Positions 9,733-19,951 are shown, counted from the stretch's first letter. The stretch: 64,000 nt of DNA from Chthonomonadales bacterium (GCA_037443035.1 JBBIPC010000004.1:154914-218913), one strand, 5' to 3'. The notes: generated by a model not told the origin, from the letters alone. Translations and numbers: made by a program.

Positions 9733-10253
9733 GCATGTCCAGGTTCACCGCTCTATCCTTGGCGGCTGTTGGCCTAGCGGTGCTCGCCTGCGGGACCATC
9801 CTGGCTCAGCAGGGTGAGCCAGGCGGCCGACACGCGGGGCCGCGAGCTGGACGCGCTGGTCCCCCTGGTCCATCGGAGGCAGACAAGGAAAAGGCCCGTA
9901 TCCGCATCGGCATTACGAAAGAGCAGCAACGGCAACTCGAAGCCATCCTGGAGGATACCGGCAGGAAAAGCAGAGCGGTCTTCGAGCAGATCCGCGAGAA
10001 GCACAGGCAGCTCCACGATCTGTATGATTCGTACGAGATAGATCGTCAGCGCGAGAAGACACTCATGCGGGAGATCACGCGGCTTCGCATTAGCCTCCTC
10101 CAGATCCAATCGGAACATGAGACGAAGGTGCGGCAGGTACTTACCAAGGAACAGCACGAACGCCTGCGCGCATTGATGAAGGAGGCCATGGAGGAAGCGC
10201 GCAAGCGCTGGGGCAACCGACCTCCCCCGCCGCCCGGTCGAGATATGCCTTGA
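9729..10253 (+). CDS. Spy/CpxP-family periplasmic protein (LTXXQ motifs)
   Basis: Signal peptide (FTALSLAAVGLAVLACG), two LTXXQ-type motifs (ITKEQQRQL, LTKEQHERL) and a helical charged composition. Confidence 0.6.
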   Translation: MSMSRFTALSLAAVGLAVLACGTILAQQGEPGGRHAGPRAGRAGPPGPSEADKEKARIRIGITKEQQRQLEAILEDTGRKSRAVFEQIREKHRQLHDLYDSYEIDRQREKTLMREITRLRISLLQIQSEHETKVRQVLTKEQHERLRALMKEAMEEARKRWGNRPPPPPGRDMP

Positions 10254-10369
10254 GGCGGCACCCCGCGACGCTGGTCCCGCATCCGGGCCACAGGCCTTCC
10301 TTTCGCCTCCAACGCCTCGAGCAGCGTCGGCGCAAGATCAAGCGTGAAGTGTGCTTGGTGCGGTAGCTC

Positions 10370-10612
10370 TCAGGCCGCTACGGCAACTTCCCAGACGATC
10401 TCCCGAATTCCCGGCCGTTGGCGCAGGATCTTGCGGATGATGTCGGCCTCTTTCTCCAGGTCCACGTTTGGATGGGACCGTAGCTTCCGCATGATCCCGC
10501 GCATGTAGACTACTCCGTGGATGACTCGGACGTCCATCATGGACCAGTCCACACAACGTCGGTTCAGCTCTCGCATCACCAGGCGCGTGGTCTCGGCGTC
10601 ACCAACCCCCAT
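10370..10612 (-). CDS. Small hypothetical protein with a BON-like sequence pattern
   Basis: 80 aa from ATG 10612, which has GGAGG 8 nt upstream. The pattern DVRVIHGVVYMRGIM...RQRPGIREIVWEV resembles a single BON domain. The function is unsupported. Confidence 0.4.
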   Translation of the reverse strand: MGVGDAETTRLVMRELNRRCVDWSMMDVRVIHGVVYMRGIMRKLRSHPNVDLEKEADIIRKILRQRPGIREIVWEVAVAA

Positions 10613-10906
10613 AATTGCAGCCTCCGATCGGAAGCACATGCCCTTTCCGGATCCGCTCCGGACCGGGCGCGAAAGGTCAGAGAACTTGCCGTATCACTCG
10701 TGCGATCGCCAGCGTTGTTCACTGGCTGCCTGTACCCTTTGTTTATATGACGACGGACACTGAGAAAAGTTTCGCATGGCCCCGCGGGATCCCATTCCCG
10801 AACCCGTGGACGCGCTGTAATGGCGCCTGCTGGATCAGTCTCGCAACCTTTCGCTGATCTCCTTACGTCTGGTACAGTTAGATGGAACAGTGACTGGGAG
10901 GTGTGC

Positions 10907-11968
10907 ATGCACCGCATCGGTACGTCATGGTTGCTGACTTGCTTACTGGTTTGCACACAGGCGTTCAGCTCGGCACAGGAGCCATCCCTGCAGGAGCTCT
11001 TCAGAGCCGAAATCGCGCTCGTTGCTCCGAAGCTGAGAATAAGACAAGCCGACCTAGATCCGGACGTGGCCTTGGCTCTTGCATCGTCGGGCACTACCTC
11101 GCGACCTTCGGTTGGCGGATACTCGTTGTTCGCAGGCGACACGAAACATCTTGTCTACAGCCCACTTCAGACGAGAATACGCGGCTACAGAGCAGCCCTG
11201 CAGCTTGCTGACAAGCGCGCAGCGTTCAGCTTCGCACTGTCGCTAGTACTCGAACCGGACTCACCCGCTGAGACGATCTGGTCTACCGCATATGAGGTAG
11301 TCGCTGCCTACGGTGACGGTTTCGATCGCGTTCTGGTAGGGATACTCAGTGCGCCAACTTCGATGCCGTTGCTACCCAAACTCGCGTATCCTGCGGCAGA
11401 TGTGCTCGTCATGCGCGCCGACCCGAAGCACATACCGCTGTTTCTCGCGCTGGCCCAGAGTCGAGACGTCTACCTGCGAAGCCGCGGCATCGCTGGCCTT
11501 GGCCTTGTCTCCTGCACAGAGTCGGCTGCGTTAGCGGGCCATATCGAGGGTCTCCTTGCACCGATCCGTACGTGCTCTGTCAGCGCTACCCAACGGGCCA
11601 TGTTCTCGGAGCTCTTCGAGAAGGCTGCCAAGGACAGGTCCTACCGAGTGCGCGGAGCCGCTGCGCTCGCGCTGGGCCTGGCCGGAGACGACGAATCGAG
11701 GTCCCTCCTCGTTCGCCTGGCTAGGGACCCGGCTTATATCATCATGGAGGGTCAGAGCCGCGGTTCACGACGTGTCGTGTATCCAGTACGAGCGACCGCC
11801 GAGACGGTGTTGGCCCGATTGGGGTATCCGGTCACCCGAAGCGGAGGTGAGTTCGCGGATCGGGATCTGCGCAAGGCCACGCGAGGGGGGCGCGACGTCA
11901 CACGAGACACGCGGGGCACGGCGCGCGGCATGATCAGCCGCGTGCTCTTCAATCCATGGGGGTGGTAG
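10907..11968 (+). CDS. Secreted HEAT/armadillo-like repeat protein (hypothetical)
   Basis: ATG 10907 is preceded by GGGAGG. Signal peptide (WLLTCLLVCTQAFSSAQE). C-terminal HEAT-like repeats (DRSYRVRGAAALALGLAGDDESRSLLVRLARDP). Confidence 0.5.
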   Translation: MHRIGTSWLLTCLLVCTQAFSSAQEPSLQELFRAEIALVAPKLRIRQADLDPDVALALASSGTTSRPSVGGYSLFAGDTKHLVYSPLQTRIRGYRAALQLADKRAAFSFALSLVLEPDSPAETIWSTAYEVVAAYGDGFDRVLVGILSAPTSMPLLPKLAYPAADVLVMRADPKHIPLFLALAQSRDVYLRSRGIAGLGLVSCTESAALAGHIEGLLAPIRTCSVSATQRAMFSELFEKAAKDRSYRVRGAAALALGLAGDDESRSLLVRLARDPAYIIMEGQSRGSRRVVYPVRATAETVLARLGYPVTRSGGEFADRDLRKATRGGRDVTRDTRGTARGMISRVLFNPWGW

Positions 11969-11974
11969 CGAGAG

Positions 11975-12721
11975 CTAGGCGCACTCCTGACGGCTGACGA
12001 TCTCTCGCACCGCCGCGAGGTCCTCTGGCGTGTCCACCGATAATGGTGCCGAGCCCACTTCGACCATGCGTATCCGTACACCATTCTCCAGGACACGCAG
12101 CTGCTCCAGCATCTCCGTTCGCTCCAGTGGTGTCGGCGGCATAGCGGCATACTGAAGCAGGAAGTCCTTTCGATAGGCGTACAGCCCGATGTGCTGCATC
12201 ACCGGTATCGCAGGCTCGGTCGCTCTTGGGTAGGGAACGCGACTGCGCGAGAAGTACAGTGCGTATCCGTTGCGGTCTGCCACCACCTTCACTGTCGCAG
12301 GATTGTCGAGCTGGTCCTCCGGGCACCTCGCCATCAAGGACGTCATCTGGAGGCTCGCATCGGCCAGCAAAGGTTCCACCGCTGCATCGATCGTTGCCGG
12401 ATCGATGAGAGGTTCATCGCCCTGAATGTTCACCACAACGTCCACATCCAGGTCCCGCGCCGCCTCGGCCAAGCGGTCGGTGCCAGACCGGTGCGTCTCC
12501 GCAGTCATGATCGCGACGCCGCCGAAACTCTCCACAACATCGTAGATCACGCGATCTGGCGTGGCGATGTAGACCGCATCCAGGAACCGAGCATGCATAG
12601 CTCGCTCCCAGACGCGCTGTATCATCGGCTTGCCACAGATGTCCACCAGTGGCTTGCCCGGAAGCCGGGTGGCTGCCATCCGAGCCGGTACCATGCCAAC
12701 GACTCTGCATTGTCCCTTCAT
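11975..12721 (-). CDS. kdsB: 3-deoxy-manno-octulosonate cytidylyltransferase (CMP-Kdo synthetase)
   Basis: VPARMAATRLPGKPL, VNIQGDEPLI and HIGLYAYR motifs. ATG 12721 was chosen (AGGAG 10 nt upstream); the track start at 12772 overlaps the previous gene. Confidence 0.9.
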   Translation of the reverse strand: MKGQCRVVGMVPARMAATRLPGKPLVDICGKPMIQRVWERAMHARFLDAVYIATPDRVIYDVVESFGGVAIMTAETHRSGTDRLAEAARDLDVDVVVNIQGDEPLIDPATIDAAVEPLLADASLQMTSLMARCPEDQLDNPATVKVVADRNGYALYFSRSRVPYPRATEPAIPVMQHIGLYAYRKDFLLQYAAMPPTPLERTEMLEQLRVLENGVRIRMVEVGSAPLSVDTPEDLAAVREIVSRQECA

Positions 12722-12761
12722 GCCGAGCATACTCCTATCTCTAGCCGGTTCAAGTCGACGC

Positions 12762-13667
12762 TCACGCAACAACTTCCGGCGAGGAACGCCAGCGATCGTG
12801 GAACCAGAGCCACTGTTCCGGATTCGCGCGAATAGTCTTCTCGAACAGACGGTTCATCTCAGTCGTCATGCGTCTTGTCTCTTCGCGCAGCGGCGCCGAA
12901 CGCTCCGGCCATATGAGACCCTCGATGGACACGTGGTAGCGCAGGCCCGGTTCTCGGACGCACTTCCCGACCACGATGGGGGCTCCCGTATGAAGCGATA
13001 GGCGCGCGGGACCGTCCACCGTGCCAGTAGGTTTGCCGAAGAACGGCACGTAGATCTCGCCGGCGTTCTGGTCCGCCAACAAGGCCACGCATTCACCACG
13101 TCGGAGCGCAGCAATCATCGGCTTCGCTGCCTGGTCCCGCCGCACGGTGACCATTCCATTGCGTTGCCTCAGAGCGTCCATGAGGCGCGTTGTCCGAGCA
13201 TCCCGAGCCGGTCGCACCACGACCACGACAGGACTGCCGAGCATGCCGACTGCGCGCGCCGCTAACTCGAAATTGCCGAAGTGCGCACTCACGAAGATGA
13301 TCCCCTTGCCCATGGCGCGTAGCCGTTGCAGACACTCTATGGTATCTTGGTCCAAGTAAACGTGCCTGCTCGCCTCTGAATCGGCCAAGTTCGCGAACTT
13401 CATACACTCGAAGAGGAACATGCCGAACTGCCGAAAGCACTCGGCTGCGATGGCCGCCCGTCTCCGAGGGTCCAACTCGCCGTTGAATGCGATCCGAAGG
13501 TTCTTGTCCGCAATCCTACGCCGATGACGCGAGAGGACTCGGATGAGATCACCCACACGCCTTCCGAACCAGATAAGGAAACCTAACGGCAGGAGAGGCA
13601 CCACGACGAGACATCCCCGCAGAATAAGGTATCCCACGTACCGGCCTGCGCTCTTCAGCCACCTCAC
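12762..13667 (-). CDS. lpxL: Lipid A late (secondary) acyltransferase, LpxL/HtrB family
   Basis: N-terminal TM anchor, the acyltransferase motif AHFGNFE, and the conserved C-terminal PEQWLWFHDRW. The GTG start overlaps the lpxK stop (GTGA). Confidence 0.75.
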   Translation of the reverse strand: MRWLKSAGRYVGYLILRGCLVVVPLLPLGFLIWFGRRVGDLIRVLSRHRRRIADKNLRIAFNGELDPRRRAAIAAECFRQFGMFLFECMKFANLADSEASRHVYLDQDTIECLQRLRAMGKGIIFVSAHFGNFELAARAVGMLGSPVVVVVRPARDARTTRLMDALRQRNGMVTVRRDQAAKPMIAALRRGECVALLADQNAGEIYVPFFGKPTGTVDGPARLSLHTGAPIVVGKCVREPGLRYHVSIEGLIWPERSAPLREETRRMTTEMNRLFEKTIRANPEQWLWFHDRWRSSPEVVA

Positions 13668-14827
13668 AGTTGCACTCTCTCAGCGTGACGACGGACCTCT
13701 TCTTGGATTGTGGCCACGAGCTTGTCCAGATCGTCAACGACAAACTCAGCCTCCAATGTCCAAACGGGAATGCATGTTTGCAGTCCTGGCCACTTCACCG
13801 CATCCTTCGCGGTGATCACGAGCGCCGATGCCCCTTCCTGCGCCGCCTGGTCTGTGATGCAGAGCGCTTCCTCGGCCGTGGGAGGTCGGTGGTCTAGCAG
13901 ACGAAAACGACGAACGAATCTCGCTCCCGTGCTTCGGACGGTGCATTCGAACGATGCGGGGTTGCCCAGCCCGCACAGAGTTGCGACGGGCATGTGCCGA
14001 AGCACCTCCAGCGGCAGGATACGCTTTTCTGCCACATCCACCAATCTCGAGGGGCGATAGCGCCCCTGAAGAAGCAGAGCACGTGGAACGCGGCGTGCGA
14101 TTTCGGCTGACCATCCTCCTCCCGCGGTACCCTCGCAGACGTTGAAGACCACAACGGATGCGCGTCTCAAGTGGCTCGGCGGCTCCCTCAACACTCCGGC
14201 CGGCAGGGTCCATCCGTTGCCGAACGGCCGGTCGCCTGCGAGGAGCACGACCTCTACGTCCCGTTCGAGCTGATAGTACTGCATGCCGTCGTCCAGAAGG
14301 ATCACATCGGGAGCGAACCGCTCCACAGCGGCCAAGCCTGTCTCTCGCCTGTCCTTCCCAACCAGGACCGGCACGCCAGGCAGCTCCTGCGCCAGCAAGT
14401 ATGGCTCGTCACCCGCCTCCGTCGGGCCTAGCAGCACTTCTTCACCCGTCGAGACTGCGGCCACAGCGCCTCTGTACGACCCGCGGAAACCCCGGCTCAA
14501 TATGCACACGCGCAATCCCACATCCCTCAGGCGCTTTGCCACGGTGATGGCCAGCCCGGTCTTCCCAGTGCCACCAGAAACGAGATTGCCAATGCTCACC
14601 ACGCAGCACGGGAGCCTGTAACGATGCCGTATGCCCAGCTCATAGAGGCTCAGATACGCGCGGAGTCCTGCGGCGTACAGAATAGCCAAAGGCGCCAGAC
14701 ATGTCACGACGAGTCGAGCCGCCATGTCCCGACGCTCGCCCAGAAGCACGGGTAGAAGCCAATGCAGGATCCGCGGGCCGAGCACAGTCGAGCCCTCCAG
14801 ATTGCTGCGGCGCGCTCGGCACAACAT
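13664..14827 (-). CDS. lpxK: Tetraacyldisaccharide 4'-kinase
   Basis: P-loop GNLVSGGTGKTG, ILSRGF and LLDDG motifs. ATG 14827 lies 7 nt after the waaA stop; the track start at 14929 would overlap waaA by 95 nt. Confidence 0.85.
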   Translation of the reverse strand: MLCRARRSNLEGSTVLGPRILHWLLPVLLGERRDMAARLVVTCLAPLAILYAAGLRAYLSLYELGIRHRYRLPCCVVSIGNLVSGGTGKTGLAITVAKRLRDVGLRVCILSRGFRGSYRGAVAAVSTGEEVLLGPTEAGDEPYLLAQELPGVPVLVGKDRRETGLAAVERFAPDVILLDDGMQYYQLERDVEVVLLAGDRPFGNGWTLPAGVLREPPSHLRRASVVVFNVCEGTAGGGWSAEIARRVPRALLLQGRYRPSRLVDVAEKRILPLEVLRHMPVATLCGLGNPASFECTVRSTGARFVRRFRLLDHRPPTAEEALCITDQAAQEGASALVITAKDAVKWPGLQTCIPVWTLEAEFVVDDLDKLVATIQEEVRRHAERVQL

Positions 14828-14834
14828 GCGACGC

Positions 14835-16181
14835 TCAGACACTCGAAGTATCCACGGAAACTCTTCTCGCGAGGCGCGCCAGACACTCGTGCGCGCAACG
14901 GGCAGCAGCACCGCGGTTGGTCTGCACAAGAGCTAGAGCACGCCCACGCACGTTCATCCGCTCGTCCTCGCTGCGAATCAGGGTCACTAGCGTGGCGGCC
15001 AGTTCTTGGACCGACGACACAGCCCACGCCACGCCCGCCGCGCTTGCCTCAGCCACGACGTCGCGGAAATTGCTCATGTAAGGCCCATGCAGTACAGGCT
15101 TCCCCTGGGCCAGCGGTTGCAGAATGTTCTGGCCTCCGCCTGGTGGAACGAGACTATTACCAACGAAGGCAACATCTGCCATAGCATACACTCGAGCCAG
15201 CTCCCCGAAAGTGTCCAGCACGATCGCCTCGCATGTCCCGTCGAGCTCTGCAAGCTGTGTCCGTCGCACCACCGCGAACCCAGCGTCCCGAACCCCGGCC
15301 ACCACAGCCTCCGCCCTATCGACGTGCCTCGGTGCCAAGATCAACACCAGATCGTTCAGGGTCTGCTTCGCCAGACGGTAAGCGGCGAGGACCATCCGCT
15401 CTTCCTCGGCTGTACGAGTGCTGCCGACGACCCATACTCGACTCCCGGTCGGAATGTGGAACTCCGCCTTCATGGCAGCGATAGCTTCATCGCAGAGTGG
15501 GTCTTCAGCCTGGTCGAACTTCACGTTGCCCGCAACCATCACGTTCTCTGTGGGCGCCCCGAGCGAAATGAAGCGGTCGGCGTCGTGCTGAGACTGTGCC
15601 AGGATCACGTCGTAGCAGCTCAGAGGACCTCGCAGCAACCATCGTATGCGTCGGTAGCGCGGATAGCTACGATCAGAGATGCGCGCATTGATAAGGACCG
15701 ACGGCACGTCGCGCGTGTGCAACGCATGGAGGAGATTGGGCCAGATCTCCGTTTCCACTCCAATGAATAGATCCGGCGCGATGTGGCGTACCGCTCTCTT
15801 CGTCAGCGGCATTAGATCGAAGGGAAGGTACCCCACAGCGGCCAGCAGCTTATCCACCATGCCTTGTGCGATCTCATGGCCGCCTGGAGTTATCGTGGTC
15901 ATGACGATCTCGAGGTCGGGATCGCGCGCCTTGATTTCCTTCAAGACGGGTGCAGCGGCCATCACCTCGCCTACCGAGGCAGCGTGGCACCAGACACGCG
16001 TGGCAGTGTGCTTGCGCATGGCTTCAGGGAGTCGCCCCCAACGCTCGCCCCAGCCATCTCGCGACTTTCCTTTCGCCAAACGCCACGCAAGATACCCGGC
16101 CAGGAGAGGCGATCCTGCGACGAGTGCTGCGTTGTAAACCACGAACGAAGCTCGCAGCCGCCGGTCGCTCATACCGGCCAA
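14835..16181 (-). CDS. waaA: 3-deoxy-D-manno-octulosonic acid (Kdo) transferase
   Basis: The HAASVGE motif (CHAASVGEVMAA) and GT30 family architecture, including the C-terminal GGQNILQP segment. Confidence 0.9.
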   Translation of the reverse strand: MAGMSDRRLRASFVVYNAALVAGSPLLAGYLAWRLAKGKSRDGWGERWGRLPEAMRKHTATRVWCHAASVGEVMAAAPVLKEIKARDPDLEIVMTTITPGGHEIAQGMVDKLLAAVGYLPFDLMPLTKRAVRHIAPDLFIGVETEIWPNLLHALHTRDVPSVLINARISDRSYPRYRRIRWLLRGPLSCYDVILAQSQHDADRFISLGAPTENVMVAGNVKFDQAEDPLCDEAIAAMKAEFHIPTGSRVWVVGSTRTAEEERMVLAAYRLAKQTLNDLVLILAPRHVDRAEAVVAGVRDAGFAVVRRTQLAELDGTCEAIVLDTFGELARVYAMADVAFVGNSLVPPGGGQNILQPLAQGKPVLHGPYMSNFRDVVAEASAAGVAWAVSSVQELAATLVTLIRSEDERMNVRGRALALVQTNRGAAARCAHECLARLARRVSVDTSSV

Positions 16182-16867
16182 TCCTCAGGATACGGGTACC
16201 CAGCCAGTTCCTCGGCGCGACGTTCCACACGGTTCATCGCCCGCTCCAACTGCTCCGCCAGAGCTTGCCTCTTCTCCTCGTCGGCGTCTTCGGGGACCTC
16301 GAGGGGTTCCCCCACCACCCACCAAACACGGGAGAATGGGAGTGGCACCATGTACCGATCCCATGAGTTCACGAGAATGCGAGGGCGTGCGCTGATCCCG
16401 ACCGGCACCACGGGAGCACCGGACTTCTGGCCGAGCATGATTGTGCCGAGCTGCACCTTGTGAGTTGGCCCGCGAGGTCCGTCCGGTGTGAACGCTAGGA
16501 CGCCACCCTGGCGCAGAATCCGGGCCAATTGCAGCGCTGCCTTGATGCCACCGCGGCCTGTAGAGCCACGTACGGTATTGAACCCAAAGCGTCGGAAGAT
16601 GCAATTCTGCAGTTCTCCGTCCCGGGAGAGTGAGATGAGAGCCCAGTATCCAAGGTGGCGAAGAACGTTGGCTGGGATGAGCGTCCTACCGTGCCAGGTC
16701 ACAAGGATCGCCCCTCTGCCCGAACTGACGACACCGTCCATGACCTCACGGTTCTCGAAGCGAATGCGAGCGGTCGCTCCGACGAACCTGGCGATACCCC
16801 ATACGAGAGCCGCCAGTATGCGGGTGGACAGCGGTGGACGCTGCCGCGTCGTGGGCACGTCGGCCAT
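16169..16867 (-). CDS. DUF374 domain protein (lysophospholipid-acyltransferase-like, commonly found next to waaA)
   Basis: ILVTWHGR...SLSRDGE...RGSTGRGG...FTPDGPRGP pattern of DUF374. 13-nt overlap with the waaA start. Confidence 0.7.
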   Translation of the reverse strand: MADVPTTRQRPPLSTRILAALVWGIARFVGATARIRFENREVMDGVVSSGRGAILVTWHGRTLIPANVLRHLGYWALISLSRDGELQNCIFRRFGFNTVRGSTGRGGIKAALQLARILRQGGVLAFTPDGPRGPTHKVQLGTIMLGQKSGAPVVPVGISARPRILVNSWDRYMVPLPFSRVWWVVGEPLEVPEDADEEKRQALAEQLERAMNRVERRAEELAGYPYPEDWPV

Positions 16868-16870
16868 ACG

Positions 16871-18673
16871 TTAACTCGCCTGGGCAGAACGGAACTGTCG
16901 GGCGTAAAGGTGCGCGTAGAGCCCCTTCTCAGCCAGCAGCTCGGCATGCGTGCCGCTCTCTACGATCTGACCGCCATCGAGCACCAAGATACGGTCTGCA
17001 TTGAGGATCGTCGAAAGTCGGTGGGCGATCACGATCGTCGTTCGCCCCTTCATGAGCTGTTCCAGTGCCTCCTGCACGAGGGCCTCCGACGAGGCATCTA
17101 GCGATGAAGTCGCCTCATCCAGGATGAGCAGACGCGGATCCATGAGAATGGCTCTGGCGATAGCAATTCTCTGCCGTTCCCCGCCGGATAGCCGTACGCC
17201 TCGTTCGCCCACGAGCGTATTGAACCCATCCGGCATACCAGCAATGAAGTACGCGTTCGCCGCATACGCTGCGCGCTCTACCTCTTCGTCGGTTGCGTCA
17301 CGACGTCCGTAGGCAATGTTATCCCGCAATGTACCTGCGAAGAGCCACGTGTCCTGCGGAACGATGCCAATCTGGCGGCGCAGCGTCTCCAGCTTTACGT
17401 CGCGCACGTCTATGCCATCGATGAGCACGCGCCCGTCTGTGACATCGTAGAACCGAGGGATGAGATCCACGAGTGTGCTCTTGCCGGCTCCGCTATGGCC
17501 AACAAGAGCCACCACTTCTCCAGGCCGCACTTCCAGACTGATATCCTGCAGGACAAAAGGCCCATCGTTGTAGCGGAAGTACACGTTCTCGAAGACGACG
17601 TGCCCTTTCAGCCGAGGCATTGCGATGGCATTGGGCTTCTCCTGCACCTCGCTACGTTGGTCGAGGACCTCCGAGAAGATCCGGCTGGCCGCTGCGAGAG
17701 CTTGCTGACGCATGGTGTTGATACCGCCTAAGTCGCCCACAGATCGCGCAAGCGTCTGGAGGACCACGACAAACATGCCAAGGCCGCCAAGCGTCATATT
17801 GCTCTCTCGGGGTAGGCCCAGGCTCTCCAGCCTTGCGTTCCGGACCACCTCGTTCCCTGCAAGGAAGATGACGAGGGCGATGCCAAACGCCCCGAGGAAC
17901 TCCACGATGGGTCGCAGTCTCGCACTTTGCTTGACACCCTTCATGACCGCATCCAGAGTGCGCTCGTTCTCTTCCGTGAACCGCTGTATCTCGTGATTCT
18001 CGGTGGCGAAGGACTTGATAATCCTGACGCCCGCCAGGGTCTCCTCGGCGATGGTGCTGATGTCGGCGAGTTTGATCTGCACAAGATCGGATATCCTGCG
18101 AATCTTCTTGCCTATCCGCGAGATCGTGTACCCCATGATGGGTACGACGACTACGGCTATCAGCGTGAGGCGCCAGCTTGTGTGGAAAAGTATCGCCATA
18201 CAGGCAACGATGGACAATGGCGCTGCCACGACGTCGCGGATGGAGATGGTCGCGTTCTGGATGACCGGCAGATCGCTGGTCAGGGTGGCCATGATCGCCC
18301 CGGTCCTTCGCTGATCGAAGAAAGATAGGGATAACCCGTGCAAGTGAGCGAAGATCTCTTCTCGCAGCTTGGTTGTCACCCGCTGGGCAGCAAGGGACAG
18401 GAAGTACGTCTGCCCGTAGGCAAGGACGCCCTTGATCAGGAAGACCAACACCACCACCATACACACGAAGTTGAGGCGTCCCACCTGGTCGCCTGTCATG
18501 GCATCGATGGTCATCTTGATGCCGATGTTGAGTGCGGCGGTTATCGCAGCCACACCTGCGGAGCAGAGCAGACCGGCAACGATTGTTTTTCGGTGCGGCA
18601 TGAGGTACGCAAGCAGTCGCCGCTCAACGTTGGCGGCATCTGCCTTCACGTTCGGGACTCGTTCTTGTTCCAT
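16871..18673 (-). CDS. msbA: Lipid A export ABC transporter, fused permease-ATPase (MsbA-like)
   Basis: Six-TM N-terminal domain, Walker A GHSGAGKST, signature LSGGERQR and Walker B LILDEATS. The position inside the lpx cluster supports an MsbA role. Confidence 0.8.
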   Translation of the reverse strand: MEQERVPNVKADAANVERRLLAYLMPHRKTIVAGLLCSAGVAAITAALNIGIKMTIDAMTGDQVGRLNFVCMVVVLVFLIKGVLAYGQTYFLSLAAQRVTTKLREEIFAHLHGLSLSFFDQRRTGAIMATLTSDLPVIQNATISIRDVVAAPLSIVACMAILFHTSWRLTLIAVVVVPIMGYTISRIGKKIRRISDLVQIKLADISTIAEETLAGVRIIKSFATENHEIQRFTEENERTLDAVMKGVKQSARLRPIVEFLGAFGIALVIFLAGNEVVRNARLESLGLPRESNMTLGGLGMFVVVLQTLARSVGDLGGINTMRQQALAAASRIFSEVLDQRSEVQEKPNAIAMPRLKGHVVFENVYFRYNDGPFVLQDISLEVRPGEVVALVGHSGAGKSTLVDLIPRFYDVTDGRVLIDGIDVRDVKLETLRRQIGIVPQDTWLFAGTLRDNIAYGRRDATDEEVERAAYAANAYFIAGMPDGFNTLVGERGVRLSGGERQRIAIARAILMDPRLLILDEATSSLDASSEALVQEALEQLMKGRTTIVIAHRLSTILNADRILVLDGGQIVESGTHAELLAEKGLYAHLYARQFRSAQAS

Positions 18674-18691
18674 TTGCTTACGTTATACCTG

Positions 18692-19951
18692 TCACACCGC
18701 TTGCGCCGTCTCAGTAATCAGAGACAGTGCCAGTTCGGCGGTGCGTTCGGTCGCGCCTGGGCTACCCAGGGAATCTCGGACACCAGCGAGATCACGTAGC
18801 ATGGACTCGCGCCGTCGAGCGTCCGAGAGGATCTCGAGAAGCGCAGTCGAGAGATTCTCAGGTGACGCTTCAGCGGCGACAAGCTCGGGAACAATGGTCC
18901 TGCCGGCGATAATGTTGGGCAGGCCAATCCACTGCAACCGCCCGATCCGCCTCAGAACGTACTCGACGTACATCAGGCCAGATCCCCGATAAAGAATCAC
19001 CATGGGCATCTGCAGGATGGCTGCCTCGAGCGTAGCGGTTCCTGAGCACACGAGACCAGCAGTAGCACTGGCGAGCACGGCGTGTGTCATGTCCTGTACA
19101 ACGCGCACCACGGGACGTCCCATTCCGTCTCTATGCCTGAGCAGTTTCCGCATCCGCTGCTCGACAAGCGCCACCGGGCTACCCGAACTCAGCGCCACGA
19201 CGAACCGGCAGGAAGGACGTTTCTGATGAACTACAAGTGCCGCTTCCGCCATGGCAGGAGTGTTGTGGACAAGCTCGGCTGTGCGGCTTCCAGGAAGCAG
19301 TGCGATGAGCTCGTCGTTGGGGTCGAAGCCGAGGGAGGCAAGAACGTCCTCCCGAGGAGGCTGGGAGCCTATCAGATCGAGCAGGGGATGGCCAACGAAC
19401 AGAGACCGAGCGCCGGCAGTCCGTAGGCGCTCGTCCGACCATGGGAACTGCGTTGCGACTGCGTCCGTTATGCTGGCGAGATTCGTGGGAAGCGGGCCCT
19501 CCTTTCGCCACGATCCGGGTGGCAGATAGTACAGCACGCGCACGCCCTGCCGCTTGCACCACCGACACACTGCAACGTTGAACGCACCGAAGTCTATGGG
19601 GATGACAAGGGATGGTTGCCGACGGCGTATCTCCCGCAGTAGCATCGGGTAGACCTGGAAGCGTAGCCCTGGTGCGACCTTCAGGGACTCCACGATACCG
19701 ATGGCGGCCCAGCCACGGCAATCGGCCAATATCTCCACGGAAGCGGACCGCATCCGTACTCCTCCGAGTCCCCAGAGACGAAGTCGAGGGGCTCGCTTCA
19801 GAAGAGCCTGGGCCAGCAGTGCTCCGTAGGCGTCGCCAGAAGCTTCACCGGCCAAGATCGCCAGATTGGCGGCCTGATGAACAATAACCCCCGGGCCGTC
19901 AGTCGCGCCGCTTCTCGTTTCCACGACCAGCGTAGCCGCTCTGAGTCCCAC
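18692..19951 (-). CDS. lpxB: Lipid-A-disaccharide synthase
   Basis: N-terminal AGEASGD motif, with GT19 family length and pattern. The start is uncertain; ATG 19951 overlaps lpxA by 53 nt. Confidence 0.88.
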   Translation of the reverse strand: MGLRAATLVVETRSGATDGPGVIVHQAANLAILAGEASGDAYGALLAQALLKRAPRLRLWGLGGVRMRSASVEILADCRGWAAIGIVESLKVAPGLRFQVYPMLLREIRRRQPSLVIPIDFGAFNVAVCRWCKRQGVRVLYYLPPGSWRKEGPLPTNLASITDAVATQFPWSDERLRTAGARSLFVGHPLLDLIGSQPPREDVLASLGFDPNDELIALLPGSRTAELVHNTPAMAEAALVVHQKRPSCRFVVALSSGSPVALVEQRMRKLLRHRDGMGRPVVRVVQDMTHAVLASATAGLVCSGTATLEAAILQMPMVILYRGSGLMYVEYVLRRIGRLQWIGLPNIIAGRTIVPELVAAEASPENLSTALLEILSDARRRESMLRDLAGVRDSLGSPGATERTAELALSLITETAQAV

